Source: Amoeboaphelidium protococcarum X5
Taxonomy: Eukaryota > Fungi > Aphelidiomycota
Direction: 5' to 3'
Length of the DNA: 63,807 nt
Assembly (NCBI GenBank): GCA_023515725.1
Contig: JALDTO010000024.1
Span: 1 to 63,807 of the forward strand
A model generated the notes under the pieces. The model worked only from the letters and a program-made list of their open reading frames with translations. It was not told where the DNA came from and made no database searches. A program made the position numbers and the translations under genes. Below, piece after piece: positions 28,970-42,054 of the stretch; the stretch's first letter is position 1; each line of letters starts with the position of its first letter.

Positions 28970-30688
28970 ATGGCAGCAGGCACGAATTAATCTCCGTCGG
29001 CTTCTTTGCCATCGATGAATATGGAAAGCGTCAAGACAATGATCTCTGGCATGTAGTAGTAGTAGTAGTAGTCCGCGGTGTACAATGATGAGCGCATCAA
29101 GCGAGAAATCGATGATAGTAAAGCGGTTCTGATCGTCTACAAGTAGAAGGTGTACAATGTGACCAAGTTTATGAAGGTGCACCCCGGTGGAAGTCTGCCT
29201 TTGATCTACCAGAATGGCAAGTAGTCTACTGACTTTATCGATGCTTTCCATCCTCGCACGGACATTGATAAGCGTATAAAGCCGTACTATGTCGGCGAGT
29301 ACGTCCAGTGTTTTGATTCGGTCGATGATACCGACTCTGCTATAAGCACATTATCTCCATCTCAGTCTGCTGCTAACAGTGATCGTGGTTCTGGTGTAGA
29401 ATCTGATGCGTCTGATGTTCCGCTGGATGATGATACTGCTGCTGCTGCTTTAAGCCGTAAGGATTAGAGAGACTCTGCTTATCACAGCGAACTGGCTTCT
29501 CCTGTTGGCACTCCTGTAGTGGAGCTTCTTGGTTCTATCCTGGCTCGCAGTAGCTAGTAGGCTCGTGATATTTAATTTGCTGAAGCGTATGTTGAACTTC
29601 ATCAGCGACTGAAGCGTGAAGGTTTCTATTAGCCATCATACGCCTTCTATGTGAGAAGGATTGCTCTGTTTTTCTGCTCTCTTAGTATGGCATTTGCAGT
29701 GGCTTATCTCTATCCATCCAGTGCTCCACATCTGGTTCTGAGTGCTCTGCTGTTTGGCTTCACTTGGCATGGTCTGTCTTTCACTGTGCACGACGCTGGT
29801 CATCACTCAGTGACTGGCGAGAAGAAGATTGATGACTTGTTCGGCTCTGTACTGGCCAGCTTCTGTGGTGGTTTGAGTATGCAGTGGTGGATGTGTAACC
29901 ACAATGTGCATCATATTGTCACCAATGACCCGGAGCATGATCCTGATATTCAGCATCTGCCTGTCTTTGCCGTATGTACCAAGCTATTTAATAGTCTATA
30001 CTCTTCATTCTATGAAAGAGTGATGGAGTTTGATGTTGTCGCTAGAACTCTGGTGTCTGTGCAGCATTACTTGTATTATCCTATCATGACTTTTGGTCGT
30101 TTTAATCTGTATGCCAACAGTTTGTCCTTCCTGCTTAATTTCAAGACCAATGATGGAAGAAAGCTGAGATGGCTAGAGCTGTGTGGAATGGCCTTCTTTT
30201 GGACTTGGTTTGGATATGTTTTGATTGGTCATATCTAAGGTTGGGGGTTGAGATTGATGTTCTTATACTTGAGTCATGCATTTACTGCTATACTTCATGT
30301 GCAGATCACTCTGTCTCATTTTGCAATGTCCACCGAGCCAGAGCAGGAGAATGAGCATTTCGCTGTCAAAGCTGCCCGCACCACGATGAATGTTGACTGT
30401 GAGGAGTGGATGGATTGGTTTCACGGAGGCTTGCAGTTCCAGATTGAGCATCACATGTTCCCGCGTATTCCAAGGTGCCACTTTAGAAAGCTGGCTCCTC
30501 TGGTAAGACAGTTTTGTGTTGAGTAGAATTTGCCGTATTAGATTGATCACTTTTACGGATCGAATGTGACTGTACTTTCATCTCTAAAGAGTGTTGCCGA
30601 TCAGGTTGGACAATATGCGTAATCAGCATCGTCATCATTGCCCACTGGGGACCACAAAGATTCAATAAACGGTCTAAAGAGTGATTGA
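28970..30688 (+). CDS. Cytochrome b5-fused front-end desaturase (sphingolipid delta-8 / delta-6 type)
   Basis: HPGG heme motif; His boxes HDAGH, WWMCNHNVHH, QIEHHMFP; PEHDPDIQHLP; 572 aa. Confidence 0.92.
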
Positions 30689-30862
30689 ATGATTGATTGA
30701 ATAGGATTTAAAAATTATGATATTCTTATATCCCGAAATCTGCTTTTTTTAGTTTTGGAAGTACATTCAACTCTATACCGACCTGTTGTAAAAGGCAGAT
30801 AGCAATAATGAGAGAAAGTATATCCGACATAGGGGAAATTTGAATAAATTGTATGAAATGCT

Positions 30863-32083
30863 TCAAAGTTCATCACTGCGATCATGTTCGCTTTTATGAC
30901 TGTTATCACCATCACCAGCAGATGATGAAGAAGAGGACCTTACTTGACCAAATAGACGAGTGATATCACGTCCATCTTCTTTACTTAATGATGCATTAGA
31001 TGGAAATATAACCTTGTACTCCACAAACAATTTGCCATATCTAGTTGGATCATTGTACAGTGGCATACCACGATCATACATAACATCAACAAATCCATCT
31101 GGTGTCATGCCTTCCCGGATTAATCTCAGCTTACTCTCACCATCCAGGTGCTCAATGTTATGTTCGAATCCAAGAAGAGACTCGGACAAGGTTATAAAAT
31201 GAACACAATACAAATTATCTCCCTTACGACTGAACACTGGATGCGGCTATAGCTCGATGTGAAAGTTAATTGCACCAGGTACATGATCAGGCATCTCATC
31301 AGCCATACCATCAAATGACAACACATCTCCACTCTTCATTCCACGCTCGATTGACACGTCGACAATCTCGGATTCTCGGACAACCTTGGCACCTTGACAT
31401 TGCGGGCATGTGCTCTTAATAATCTTACCTTTACCACCACACACGTCGCAAGTCGTCTACATCTATTGATACATTCCCGGGGCCAGCTGACGGCGTATAA
31501 CCTTAACACCTGAACCACCACACGTATGACAGTCTTTCACATCATCAGAACTTTTCGCTCCACTTCCTTGACACTGAGGGCAGAATTGTTATTTATCAAC
31601 ATCTACCTCGATCACCTTGCCCAGATACAGATCTTTGAGATCAACAGGCAAAATCATATTAATATCGTGGCCTCGCTTCTTCTGAGATCCACCACCACGT
31701 CCACCGCCATGACCACCAAAGCCGAATTGTCTAAACAGGTCGAACGGGTCATGGAAACCACCGCCAAATCCACCATGCTAGCCTTATTACTTCACACCTT
31801 CTTCGCCGTACTGGTCATAGAGCTTTCTCTTCTCCTCATCACTAAGCACCTCATACGCTTCACTGACTTCATGGAACTTCTCTTTCGCTGCCTCTCTCTC
31901 CTTCTCCGGCGTCTTGTCAGGATGGTATTTGATGGATAGTCGCTTGTATGCCCGCTTGATCTCATTCTTACCTGCATCCCTCGAGACACCTAAGATGTTA
32001 TAATAGTCTTTGCCGCACTGTACCAGCACTATGCACAGCGATTATAATATACAGAGTATGAGAATAGCGGTTGATGGTTTCAT
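30863..32083 (-). CDS. SCJ1: ER-lumenal type I DnaJ co-chaperone Scj1
   Basis: Signal peptide, J-domain with HPDK, G/F region, CxxCxGxG repeats, C-terminal SDEL retention signal; 406 aa. Confidence 0.9.
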
Positions 32084-32325
32084 CTCTATTATTTATTTAA
32101 CTTACAAAAAGGTGGACCAATAAGTATAAATAAGAAGAGCTAAACTTTCATGAGCTTAGCGGCGAACGCGCAGGCGAGACGAAGCTCAAACTTTCAGTTG
32201 GTCTTACCACAACGTTATTATCTGCTTGATCAAAGATGCAGACTAAAAATATGACCACGTACTCAAATAATAAAATGATAGAAGCTAGTTGGATTGAAAC
32301 ATCTATGTATATTTTACTTACATAT

Positions 32326-35300
32326 TCAATTACGATGTTTCTTGGATTTCTTGTGGCTTTTTTGGTTACGCATTTTCTCCAACATTTGCTTGCCTTCTTT
32401 AGCAACTTCATCCACGGTGGTGATCGGTCTCTTGTGCGTCTTTGAAGAACCGCTCTTTACACTAACTACGCCTGAGCCTTTCTTCGTCAACTGCTTTCCA
32501 GACACAGCATTCCAATCTTCATCTTTGCCGCCAATTGCATAAGCTGATAGATTCAAGCTGTCAATCATTTCGCGTTATCTCTACTTCAACTCGGAAATCT
32601 CTTTTCTACCAGCAGATTCCAATTCAGCATCCATATCCTCTTCCAATTTGTCTTCCCATTCCTCTTTATCCATGACGTTCTTCTTATTGTCTGATGCATC
32701 TTCAGTCGTCTAGATCTATGGCTTAATCTCCTTAGCAATTTCAACACTCAACACATGCTTATAGAAAGCGACACACTTGCGTATGATTCTAACAAACAGA
32801 GCCAGTAATTGTCCAACAGGGACTTTCAACTCTGACGCCACATCATCTACAGACTTCAATTGACATCCAATACCAAATAGAATGTTTCGCTAAATTGCAG
32901 AGAGATTCATGTCTTCACCATTAACGATTCTATCATTGTCGTCATCATCAGCCTCTTCACGCGTCAATGGAACTAAAGAGCTAGCCTTGACAGTTTTCAG
33001 CTGATGATTAAAGAAATGCTGAGCTATAGTCGGCACAAGATCTAAAATGACATGATAATCCAGCATTGACTTTGCATACGACTCCAATCTCTTGATGTCA
33101 TATGCAGTAAAACTCTAATTGATCTACTCTGATGTAATCGGCGATTGATCCAACGGCATCTGATTGTCAGCATCACTAGACATCTACAGTTGTCTGTTAT
33201 AAGTGTCCACAGAGTCCAATACGTGCAAAGCAGAATTTATAGAAAACTGACGGAACCCAAATCCACATAACGATAAGAAACGCTTCTTAAAGTCCAGAGT
33301 AAACTAGTTCAGCCACTGCGGGTCATATGAAGACTAACTACGCTCCAGTGTTCTCAACATGATGCAAGTATACTCTCCAGTGAGTTCATTCGCCGTCTAT
33401 CTCAAGTAGACTGGGGTAAAGTTGGCGCGTTTCCAAAACTTGTTCAATTCAGGTGTCAGACCATAGGACACTCCAATCCAATGCAGCAATGGAGGCTTCT
33501 TCTCGGAAAGGGTGAGCAACAGAGGTGGCATCTAGCTGGCATCTCTAATGGTCAATTGCTCTGAATGCAGAGTAGATTTTGAAAGTTCCGAGTCATCTAC
33601 CTTTTACAACTATGGACCATCCAAATCTTCACTTGCAGCCTATAAATCCTCATTATTCATCTCATCGGTGCTCTAAATATTACCATTGTAATAATCAAGA
33701 AGAAGCTCAAGCGCACGACTTCCGTATCCCATTCGGTTGTAATCAGGATGTACGGCAATACGAACCACTCTGGCACCGCTTAAAGTGGCGAAATCTTCAT
33801 CTTGGAATTACTGACTGATAGCCCAAGGAATCAGATCACCATCCGCCTTCTTACCGCGACTTAAACTCTACATTAAAGACTGACGCGAAATTTCTCCCTC
33901 CATACAAGTCTAAATCACTGCAAGAGGCTCCGGTAGAACGCTTTCATCCTTGATAGGCGGCAGTAGGACGAACAACTAATGCGCAGGTGCATCAGACATC
34001 AACTACAAGTCATTTGGGGTATTCTTGTAATGACTAGCCACATACAAGTTCATCATTCTTTACAAGAATGCCTCAGAAACGGGGTGATAAGAAAACAAAG
34101 TATCACGATTGACATAGTAGAGGTCACACTCAGCCGGATGAGGACAACCAGAATGAGATCTTACAGCGGAGTTGACATCCAGACACAGCAGATTGTTCAA
34201 CCACTTCTCAGTCGGATCATCAGCTCCATATCTAATCGGTGTTTCGAGCTTGACTTCACGCAATGCACGCCCAGTGACAAACGACTTGCTAACATCTACG
34301 GAAGAACTGCTGGAACCTTCAATACTGCTCTTACCAGAAGCCTGATCACGCAACTATTGCAGCAGCTTCAGACTCAGAGATCTACCAGTGCCTTCATAAC
34401 CATTAATGGTGGACGCCATAAATACCAGATAAGGACCGAGCAGCTTCTTTACAACTGGCAAAGGAATAGCAGCCGCCTCATCAATCACCACCAACTCAGC
34501 CTGACCAAGAACGTGAGCATCTTGCGGTCTAATGTACTGGATAGTCTGTCTATGATCTCTAAAGATATTTACACGCACCACAGCCTTATTAAAGTCCGGA
34601 TTAGTTGACTGGTGAATATCATAATCAATATGCTGTTAGTAGCCAAGCGCTTCGAAAGCTTTAAACATAATCTCAAAAAGAGTCTTCAAATTCTCAGGGG
34701 ATGGAGACGTGACAAAGATGTTCGAGTATCCATACGCAACAGCAGATGCCATTGCAATACCCAGTGCCGCAGACTTACCTCTACCACGAGCGGCGGTAAG
34801 ACTGACAGTATTACGCAAAGTCTTCTCACTGATGGCATCAATAAACTACTTCACAGCTTTGGCCTGATCAACTGTACGCGCCATCTTCACCAATGTACCG
34901 GCAGGCTATAAATCTTTATACTCTTGTTGATATTGATTCAGATCAACCTTTTGAGGATCCTCAATATCCGAGCTTAAAGTAGGCAATGCCGTCACCTTAC
35001 GACCAGCTGAGATTGGCAAGATATTTAGCTCATCGTCAACAATCAGACAATGCTCACACGCACCAAGCGATAAAATGAACCGCTCATTAAAGCGACCAAC
35101 AACATCATGATGAGACTCGGTTCTGTATCTAGAGTGAACATCCATGGTCATAGAGTACAATTGCTTCAAAGATTTCATCGTGCGCAACAATAGCACACAG
35201 ATACCACCACCTTCCACAGTCTCCACAGCGCGCGCCAGTAGGTTCGGTGTCAGAGCCTCAAAATCCTGCAGCACACACATACCATACGTGTTTCCCAGAA

Positions 35301-35649
35301 TCTTCTCAGACTCCTTGTAGTAACAGTATCTGATATCGGTGCCAGCGATAAACAACTCGAACGGATCCTGCTCATCAGCCTCGCGCAATCCATTCTTGAT
35401 CTGTTTCTAGATCTGTTTCATTCTCTTCTTACGGTGCGTTGTGAAACCCAATTCTTTCTTGTAGCACCAGAGCACGGACGGTTTCGCAGCGACGCGCGCC
35501 TTGGACAGCATGTAGTGCAAGAACATCACCTGGTCTCTGCCGCGATCACCCACCACCACGAAGAAGGATCTGTGGTTACTCTTCACTCCATTCTCAATCA
35601 GAGTCCTAATTCTACTATCTACCTTCTTCTTTACCAAAGGAGGTCCCAT
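32326..35649 (-). CDS. NAT10: RNA cytidine acetyltransferase Kre33/NAT10
   Basis: KKKVDSRIRTLIENGV, LQDFEALTPNLLAR, TAARGRGKSAALG, DEAAAIPLP, SHYKNTPNDLQ(TAG)LMSDAP, RIAVHPDY; 1107 aa. Confidence 0.97.
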
Positions 35650-35775
35650 TTTGATAATATCAACGCGTCAGTATTTTTATAGAATGAAAATATGTCAATA
35701 GTGATATTTAAATTGAGGAAGAAAAGATGAATTGAAAATTGAAAAATGATCAAACCCTGGCGATTTCTACTGTGG

Positions 35776-35851
35776 TATCGTGAGCAAACTAGACACAACG
35801 TTTATTGTGAGTACAGTATATAGACAAAATGTCTATCTTGAGTACAGTACG
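35776..35851. repeat. ~31-bp tandem repeat with palindromic core TAGACA-AAA-TGTCTA (left copies)
   Basis: tagacacaacgtttattgtgagtacagtata (35790-35820) followed by tagacaaaatgtctatcttgagtacagtac (35821-35850); partial tatcgtgagca upstream. Confidence 0.8.
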
Positions 35852-36409
35852 TATTTATTGATCCCTCCAACTTCTTGTGCAATATAGCGCTTAATTGACG
35901 CGTCAAAGAATATATTGTTTGATCATTTGATGTCTTTTGATCGCAAATTTTCACCAAGTTGATGTTTTTTTTCGTATTTACCGCCAGTTATGAGATGATC
36001 GTAAAGTTCATGCTACATTGAAAGCTGCGCATCCGGAAGAAGTTCTGGAATTTATAATTAATGACCACACGAGACGAGACTGTAGATGGGTGGACATTGT
36101 AAAGTTGATATGTTTCAGTACACTGTAACAGAAGGTTGTGATGTAGTGAACACTGATTGGGAGCGGAGGAATCTGTTGAGGACAGATGAATGATTAATTT
36201 TAATTATGGAAAAGAAAAATATGGGCTTCATTTTCTTTACAATTTGTTCATGACTTTACCGAGCAAGTAAAGTACTGTTAGTCATGTCCATACGAGTATG
36301 ACTTCTACATGGCTCAAATGACCCATATAATCCATTCATATGACTCATCCATATGGAATAGGCTGAAATTCAACCCATCTTGTCATCCATATGTGTGCCC
36401 AGCACTTTC

Positions 36410-37635
36410 TGAAACTGCAAAACGCTGTAATGTAAAAGAGGATTCTTTGCTTGAACGTGTTGGATAGCTTAATGCGGTCTATCTAGATATCAAATGTGTT
36501 GATGCTGTTGCTAATTAAAAGAAAGTCATGCCTCTTTTTGTAGTCTACGATATTAAAGAGCCAGATTGATCAGGTTGACGTTGTTGATTCTGCAGTACGA
36601 GAAGTATGATGATCAGTAAGAACGTAGGAGAAATATTAAACTGAGATAGTAGCCACAGAGAAGCCTCGGGGTGAAACTTGCCATCCCAAGTGGTACTAGT
36701 TGAAGGAGTAAGAGAAGGAACGAGCAGAAAATATAAACATCTCTGAGAAAAGCAGATATGATCATTTTGGGCGCGTAAAGAGCTGCCCAGGCTCCTTTTA
36801 GGTACTGTGCTTGTTGGCCTTCTAAGGGTACATCAACTGTCGAAGGCTTGTAAAGGCAGTTATCATCCCTCAATTTATGTATGGAATCAACTGCTGGGCT
36901 CCAAGAATCTCTGAACAGGAAGAACAATAACTATAATCAGTACTTAATTAAAGTGCCCGAATCATCTGTAAAGAGTTCACCTTCACATCATCGGCACACT
37001 TAATGGAAGAAAGTGGTTTAACACCTTTTGTATCACTCAAGGAGCATAAGATGAAGCTTAATCTGCATAGTTGGTCCCTTCTCCCTCCGGCTAACCCTCT
37101 GGTAAATCTGTTGAAACTAGGATCGCTCACTGAGTTGTGAAGATAAATTATAATTTGTGAGCTCCTGAATCCCTGACACAATCGACAATAAAATCTCACT
37201 TGTTTCAAGTGCTCTTTGACAGAAATTGGCCGTTCGGTGTATTTCAGCAGTGAAAAAGTCTGATGAGAGAGGTATAGAAATCCATCATGTATTCCAATTG
37301 CATCATGGTCTGAGCCCCAGACAATCCTAGCTGTTAACGTGGGCAAGGACACTTAAAGCTCCCACCAACAGCCTGATGTCACGGCCGAGGTCAAATGTAA
37401 ATAAAACATGCCCCTGCGGTGCGAATTAAGAGACCATGGCACATACATTCATGGTATGCGCTCTGTACGGAGTACGCCCACTCTTCCTAGAATGGGCAGA
37501 TTAGAAGAACTTGAAACGACTGCTCGAAGACAAAAGACGGTGCAGACAAGTAGTAAAGTGTTTGGAAGATACTGACCGTTTCTGAACGGATCAGCAGAGC
37601 TGATGAATTATGAAAAGCTCTTTTAATAAATTGAA
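36410..37635 (+). mobile_element. Decayed, 5'-truncated and internally deleted non-LTR retrotransposon (Tad1/I-like LINE ORF2)
   Basis: RT motif remnant AVYLDIKCVDAV (~36475); thumb AVIIPQFMYGINCW..QSVLNQSARII..HLMEESGLTP (~36855-37140); C-terminal LSPRQSQLLTWART..CPCGANQETMAHTFMVC zinc knuckle ending EDTDRF-TGA (37585); AATAAA at 37625; multiple frameshifts and TGAs. Confidence 0.82.
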
Positions 37636-37784
37636 ATTCTTCTTATTGTTGGCCTTTCGAGCAGCGCGTCTGAGCTGCTTCCGTTAAACGGTGATGGTCC
37701 CAAATCGCTATAGATATGATCAGTAAAAGGCTAATCATGTGGCTCAGTTCCTTGCAAAGATAGATCTAAATTTATTCAGTACAT

Positions 37785-37840
37785 TAGACAAAATGTCTAT
37801 CGTGAGCATATCACAGTAGACAAAATGTCTATCGAGCATG
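37785..37840. repeat. ~31-bp tandem repeat with palindromic core TAGACAAAATGTCTA (right copies)
   Basis: tagacaaaatgtctatcgtgagcatatcacag (37785-37816) followed by tagacaaaatgtctatcgagcatg (37817-37840); same orientation as the copies at 35.8 kb. Confidence 0.85.
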
Positions 37841-38122
37841 TGATTTGTATTAATGTTTCTGTTAAGAAGAATTTGAATATAAAATTGCAATTAATAGCAG
37901 GGCAATGCTTCAATGATCATGTAGAAATATAGCAAAGTTCATTGTGACAATACTGTCGTGTGTACACTTTGCATCGTCATTGTCTAATGTCATTCTCAGA
38001 TCGCGCTGTAAAAGTTTTCTTTCACAGGCCTCCGGCCCCGTTTCCTCTTCCGTCTTGAAACCAAAGTCGCTATTTTGTTTTGAGTAAAACTCTAGTAAAG
38101 TAACGTACGTTGTTCAGCAAAG

Positions 38123-40258
38123 ATGGTTAGCACAGTAAGACTTATTAATTGCTTTGTATAATATTAATATATGTCAAAATTAATGTAGTAATCGTATGCT
38201 GCCAAGTATGAGGCTTCTATTGAAGCGTTGAAGAGTCAGAATGTTTAGGATCGCATTAGTGCTAGCAAGTTTATCAAGAATGCAGTCATTGGTAATAAGA
38301 GTCGAAAGCAACTTTTCATGCAAATGGGTCTCATCTAAATTCTGGTTTAAATGATTATGAATCCTAGTGAGAGCGAAGAGGTGAGACTTCAAGCTGTGAT
38401 CATTATTGGTAGTTTGACTTATGGAAGTGACGAGATTATCGCCGCTTTGGTTCAGAATGGGATTATTGTTCCCCTCTTGGAATGCCTCATTCATAGTAGC
38501 TCAGGTAGTGAAAAGTTGGTTGAAGCAGCGGTCAAAGCTTTGAGGGCTCTGTTTTAGCATTCTATTGTGCCTCGTGAGGATGTATTCTAGGACAGATACT
38601 TGCGAGCATTGACTAACCTGTTGTAATTGATTGATGGACCTCAACATAATCTAGCCACTGTGAGCGCCAGTGTTATTGCAAGATGCGCCGAGACTGTGCC
38701 TCAATAGAACAGGGTTGTCCGTTTTAATGCTCTGCCATGGCTGTTGAAGGCCTTGTAGAGTGCTCACCCGAAAGCTTAAGAGTCCGCTTTGGATGCTATA
38801 AGTTCTTTGGCAAGGTCCAACGCTGAAGTGTGCAAGTCTATTATTCTAATGTCTATTGAACAGACGCCTCACTTCTCTAATGCTTTCCAATTACTAATGC
38901 ATTTCATCCATGATAAGAGACCACAGATGCGTCTCATTGCTTGTACTACTATTGTCAATTTGTACAAGGCCAATGCCATTCCGTCTCACCAAGAAGACGT
39001 TAAGATTAACGTATTGCCCGCTCTAGTCAAGTTGTTGGATGAGGACAAGGATGCTGTGATCAGGGAACGTGCGCCTCTAATTCTCGGCCTACTTGTAAGT
39101 GATAGTGAAAGTATGTAGACGTCGTGCACCCATAATGATGCCATTAAGAAATTGTCGCAGTTATTGATTGCTAACGTTAAGCTGCGTAGCGATTTGGAAG
39201 CAGAATCTCCAGACAGCGATGAATTGAAATAAGCAGACAGAATCATGGAGAATGTACTGCTATGCCTTGCCAGTGTGTCATCCAAGGTGGAAGAGTGTAG
39301 AAATTAGATTATTAGCTAGAAAGTTCTACCGCATATTGTTAAGGCTCTGGAACACCCTTCCGTGGCAATGAGAAGTGCCGCCTGTCAATGTGCGCGCAGT
39401 CTATCTAGAAGTTTGAAGACTCTTCGCACAAATCTGGTGGATGCAAATATTGCTATGCCGCTGTTCAAACTATTATCCGATGAGAATCTGCAGGTGAAGA
39501 CTACTGCTTCTGCGACACTGTGTAATATTGTTTTGGATTTCTCTCCGATGAAGAAGGTTGTCTTGGAGAATGGTGGCGTAGAAAAGATTGTTGCCCTGAT
39601 CCAGTCTATGGACAATGATCTGAGAACTAATGCTGTATGGGCGTTGAAGAATCTGCTGTTCCAAGCTGATGCAGATATCAAGAAGACTGTGATGAAACAC
39701 TTGACATTTGGTGCGTTAGAGCAGCTGATCAACGACCCTGAGGTGATTATTCAGGAACAGGCCATCAATTTATTGCGTAATTTAGTCTGCGGGAAAGAGG
39801 CAGATATTGCAGAGGTATTTGCAGGATTTGGTGAGCAGAATCTGATCTCTCTGATTGAGAAGAAACTGCACTCGGAATCTAGCGGAGTTATTGCACAGAC
39901 ATTGTACGTCATTGTCAACATCTCCACGGGAAATGAGAGTCATAAGACTGCCATAGTGAGAAATGAGAACATTTTGCGCGAGATTATTCGCTGTACTGGG
40001 CATTAGGATGCTGATATCAGAGAGGCGACAGTGTGGTGTATTATCAATTTGACGTGGCCAGATGATGTCGGAACATCGGGTAGAGTGGCACGTCTACGCT
40101 AATTGGGATTCGAAGATCGACTACGTATAATGACAAGTGACTCTAATGATCGCGTCAAGGACCGTGTGAATACAGCCTTACCTCACTTTGCGGCAATATC
40201 TGGTAGCGGGCGTCCTGCTGCAGTTGGTGGTAGTCAGTCTGGCAATACTACAGAATGA
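38123..40258 (+). CDS. ARMC8: Armadillo-repeat protein ARMC8/Vid28 (GID/CTLH E3 complex); probable 54-nt intron 38135-38188
   Basis: KFIKNAVIGNKSRKQ, AVIIIGSLTYG, RSLSRSLKTLRTNLVD, ATLCNIVLDFSPMK, NAVWALKNL, EQAINLLRNL. Confidence 0.9.
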
Positions 40259-42054
40259 TCATTATGTAATTAATCTATCGACGTGTCTGTCTATAAGATT
40301 GCTTAAATATCACTTTTTTCCTATGAATGCTCTGTTGAGGTTCATCAAAACAATACACCGCTTTCTAGTGGACTTAAGATCGCATGGTGGAGGTCCCTAT
40401 TGCAGCGTATGGCCACGAACTGATCACCATTAATGAGAGAGATTAAGCAACTAACTTTTCATTTTTTAGTGGTCCAAAATCTTTTCATATAATTGATTAA
40501 ATTAAACAAGGAGCCGAATCACAAGGTTGGTAATCTCATGGACCCATTTAGAAATAATTAAATTTTATTAGTAGCTGCTTCACAAGACTAATTGTTCGTT
40601 TGATTACTCTAAGTGAGCTTCTATCAATGGCCCTTGCAGGTAGAAGGATCTAAAGATCTTCTTGATAAAATCATCAAGCACAATCCATTTTCGCAGACAG
40701 GAACTTGGATAGCTCTCTTTTGCATCCAACTTGCTTCATACCACGTCCATTCTCTTTCGCTTGCCACCCACTTCTTGCACCTCGACACCTTACTCATCAT
40801 TGAATTTTCGTTTGAATTTAAGCGTAATGCCAGTCATACCGTACGCTATTCAAACTGCGTGTAACTACTGGATTATCAATTACCCTATGGCCAGCAGAGC
40901 TTGGAGGGAGTATGGTGGACTCCACTTGGTAGGGACGGCTTCCAGGACACATGACAAATGCCGGGAGCTTCGGGCAATTCGTCGGCAGAGCTCTCACTGA
41001 TCTCTACAAATCAGTCTTCCAGAATTGCAATATCGAGCTCTGCTTCCCATTCAGAGTCAACAATTTTCATTTTTTTACCAGGCATTTTTTGGACTCTTTA
41101 GATGCTATGATGAAATTACAATATAATTTATGAAATTGTACTGTTAGTTAACAGCGACGTGAGTGGGGCAGCAGCAACATTATACCAAATATTATCATTT
41201 TCGCCTGTATAGGTAGGTTAGATGAGGCTTTAATAAGTGCGAACGCGTTGGACTTGAGAGAATCACAGAAGAACAACTGAGAGTGATCCTCCCCTTCTTG
41301 CCCTATCTCTACATCAGCATATCTGACCAAGCACACATCTGTTAGAAACAGATACTCCAAATGGCTGCATTGTCGCAAATGATACAGCAATTTTCTTACG
41401 TTGGAGGAGTTAAAGCGACAGTAGATCAAATTAAATGCGAGCACCTGTCCACCAAACAACCAATAACAGATGAACGTGTACCAGCCAGCAATCCAATGGA
41501 CATCTTTGTCAAGCATGGAAATTTATTCTCAAGGAATATTAAATTACTAACTCTAATATACAGTACATGATGATGATACATATATAAAGTATAATCGTGA
41601 ACAGTCAGTTAATCAGTCAATCTAAGGGACCCCATCAATGATAAGCTTCGGGTGTTAGAAAGAAGGGGCGAGAAACCAGTTTCTCAACTCAACGTTTCCC
41701 ATTCCCCCCGCCACTCTCGTCCATTGATTGACTGATCAGCAGCAATCAGCCAGCCACTTACGAGGGCTATGTTATTCAGTGAGGGCATACTTACTCTCTC
41801 TTTACCGCCGGCCATACTATTTAATAGACTTTGATATGAGACTGCTTTAAAAAGGTTGTTCTTTAATGGAGCTCTTTTGATTAATTCTAATCGGTATTGC
41901 AGTATTGATTCAAATGAGTAACAATATGTTATCACGTTCAGTTCCTTCTCTCTTTTTGAAGGAGGTGCATTATCTTCTCTTCACTGTTGTACAAGATACC
42001 CGCCAAAAATAATCATCCAGCAAAATATTTATTAATTTAAATATTATTCATAAT

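Noticed and set aside
33979-34911. Long plus-strand ORFs (209 aa, 99 aa)
   Set aside because: Antisense to NAT10, with no recognisable motifs.
36410-37635. Fanzor/TnpB or DDE transposase inside the repeat-bounded island
   Set aside because: The recognisable motifs are LINE RT, thumb and CCHC knuckle; no RuvC or DDE motifs were seen.
35776-37840. CRISPR array interpretation of the palindromic repeats
   Set aside because: Only two adjacent units per side, no unique spacers of regular length, no cas genes, and a eukaryotic context.
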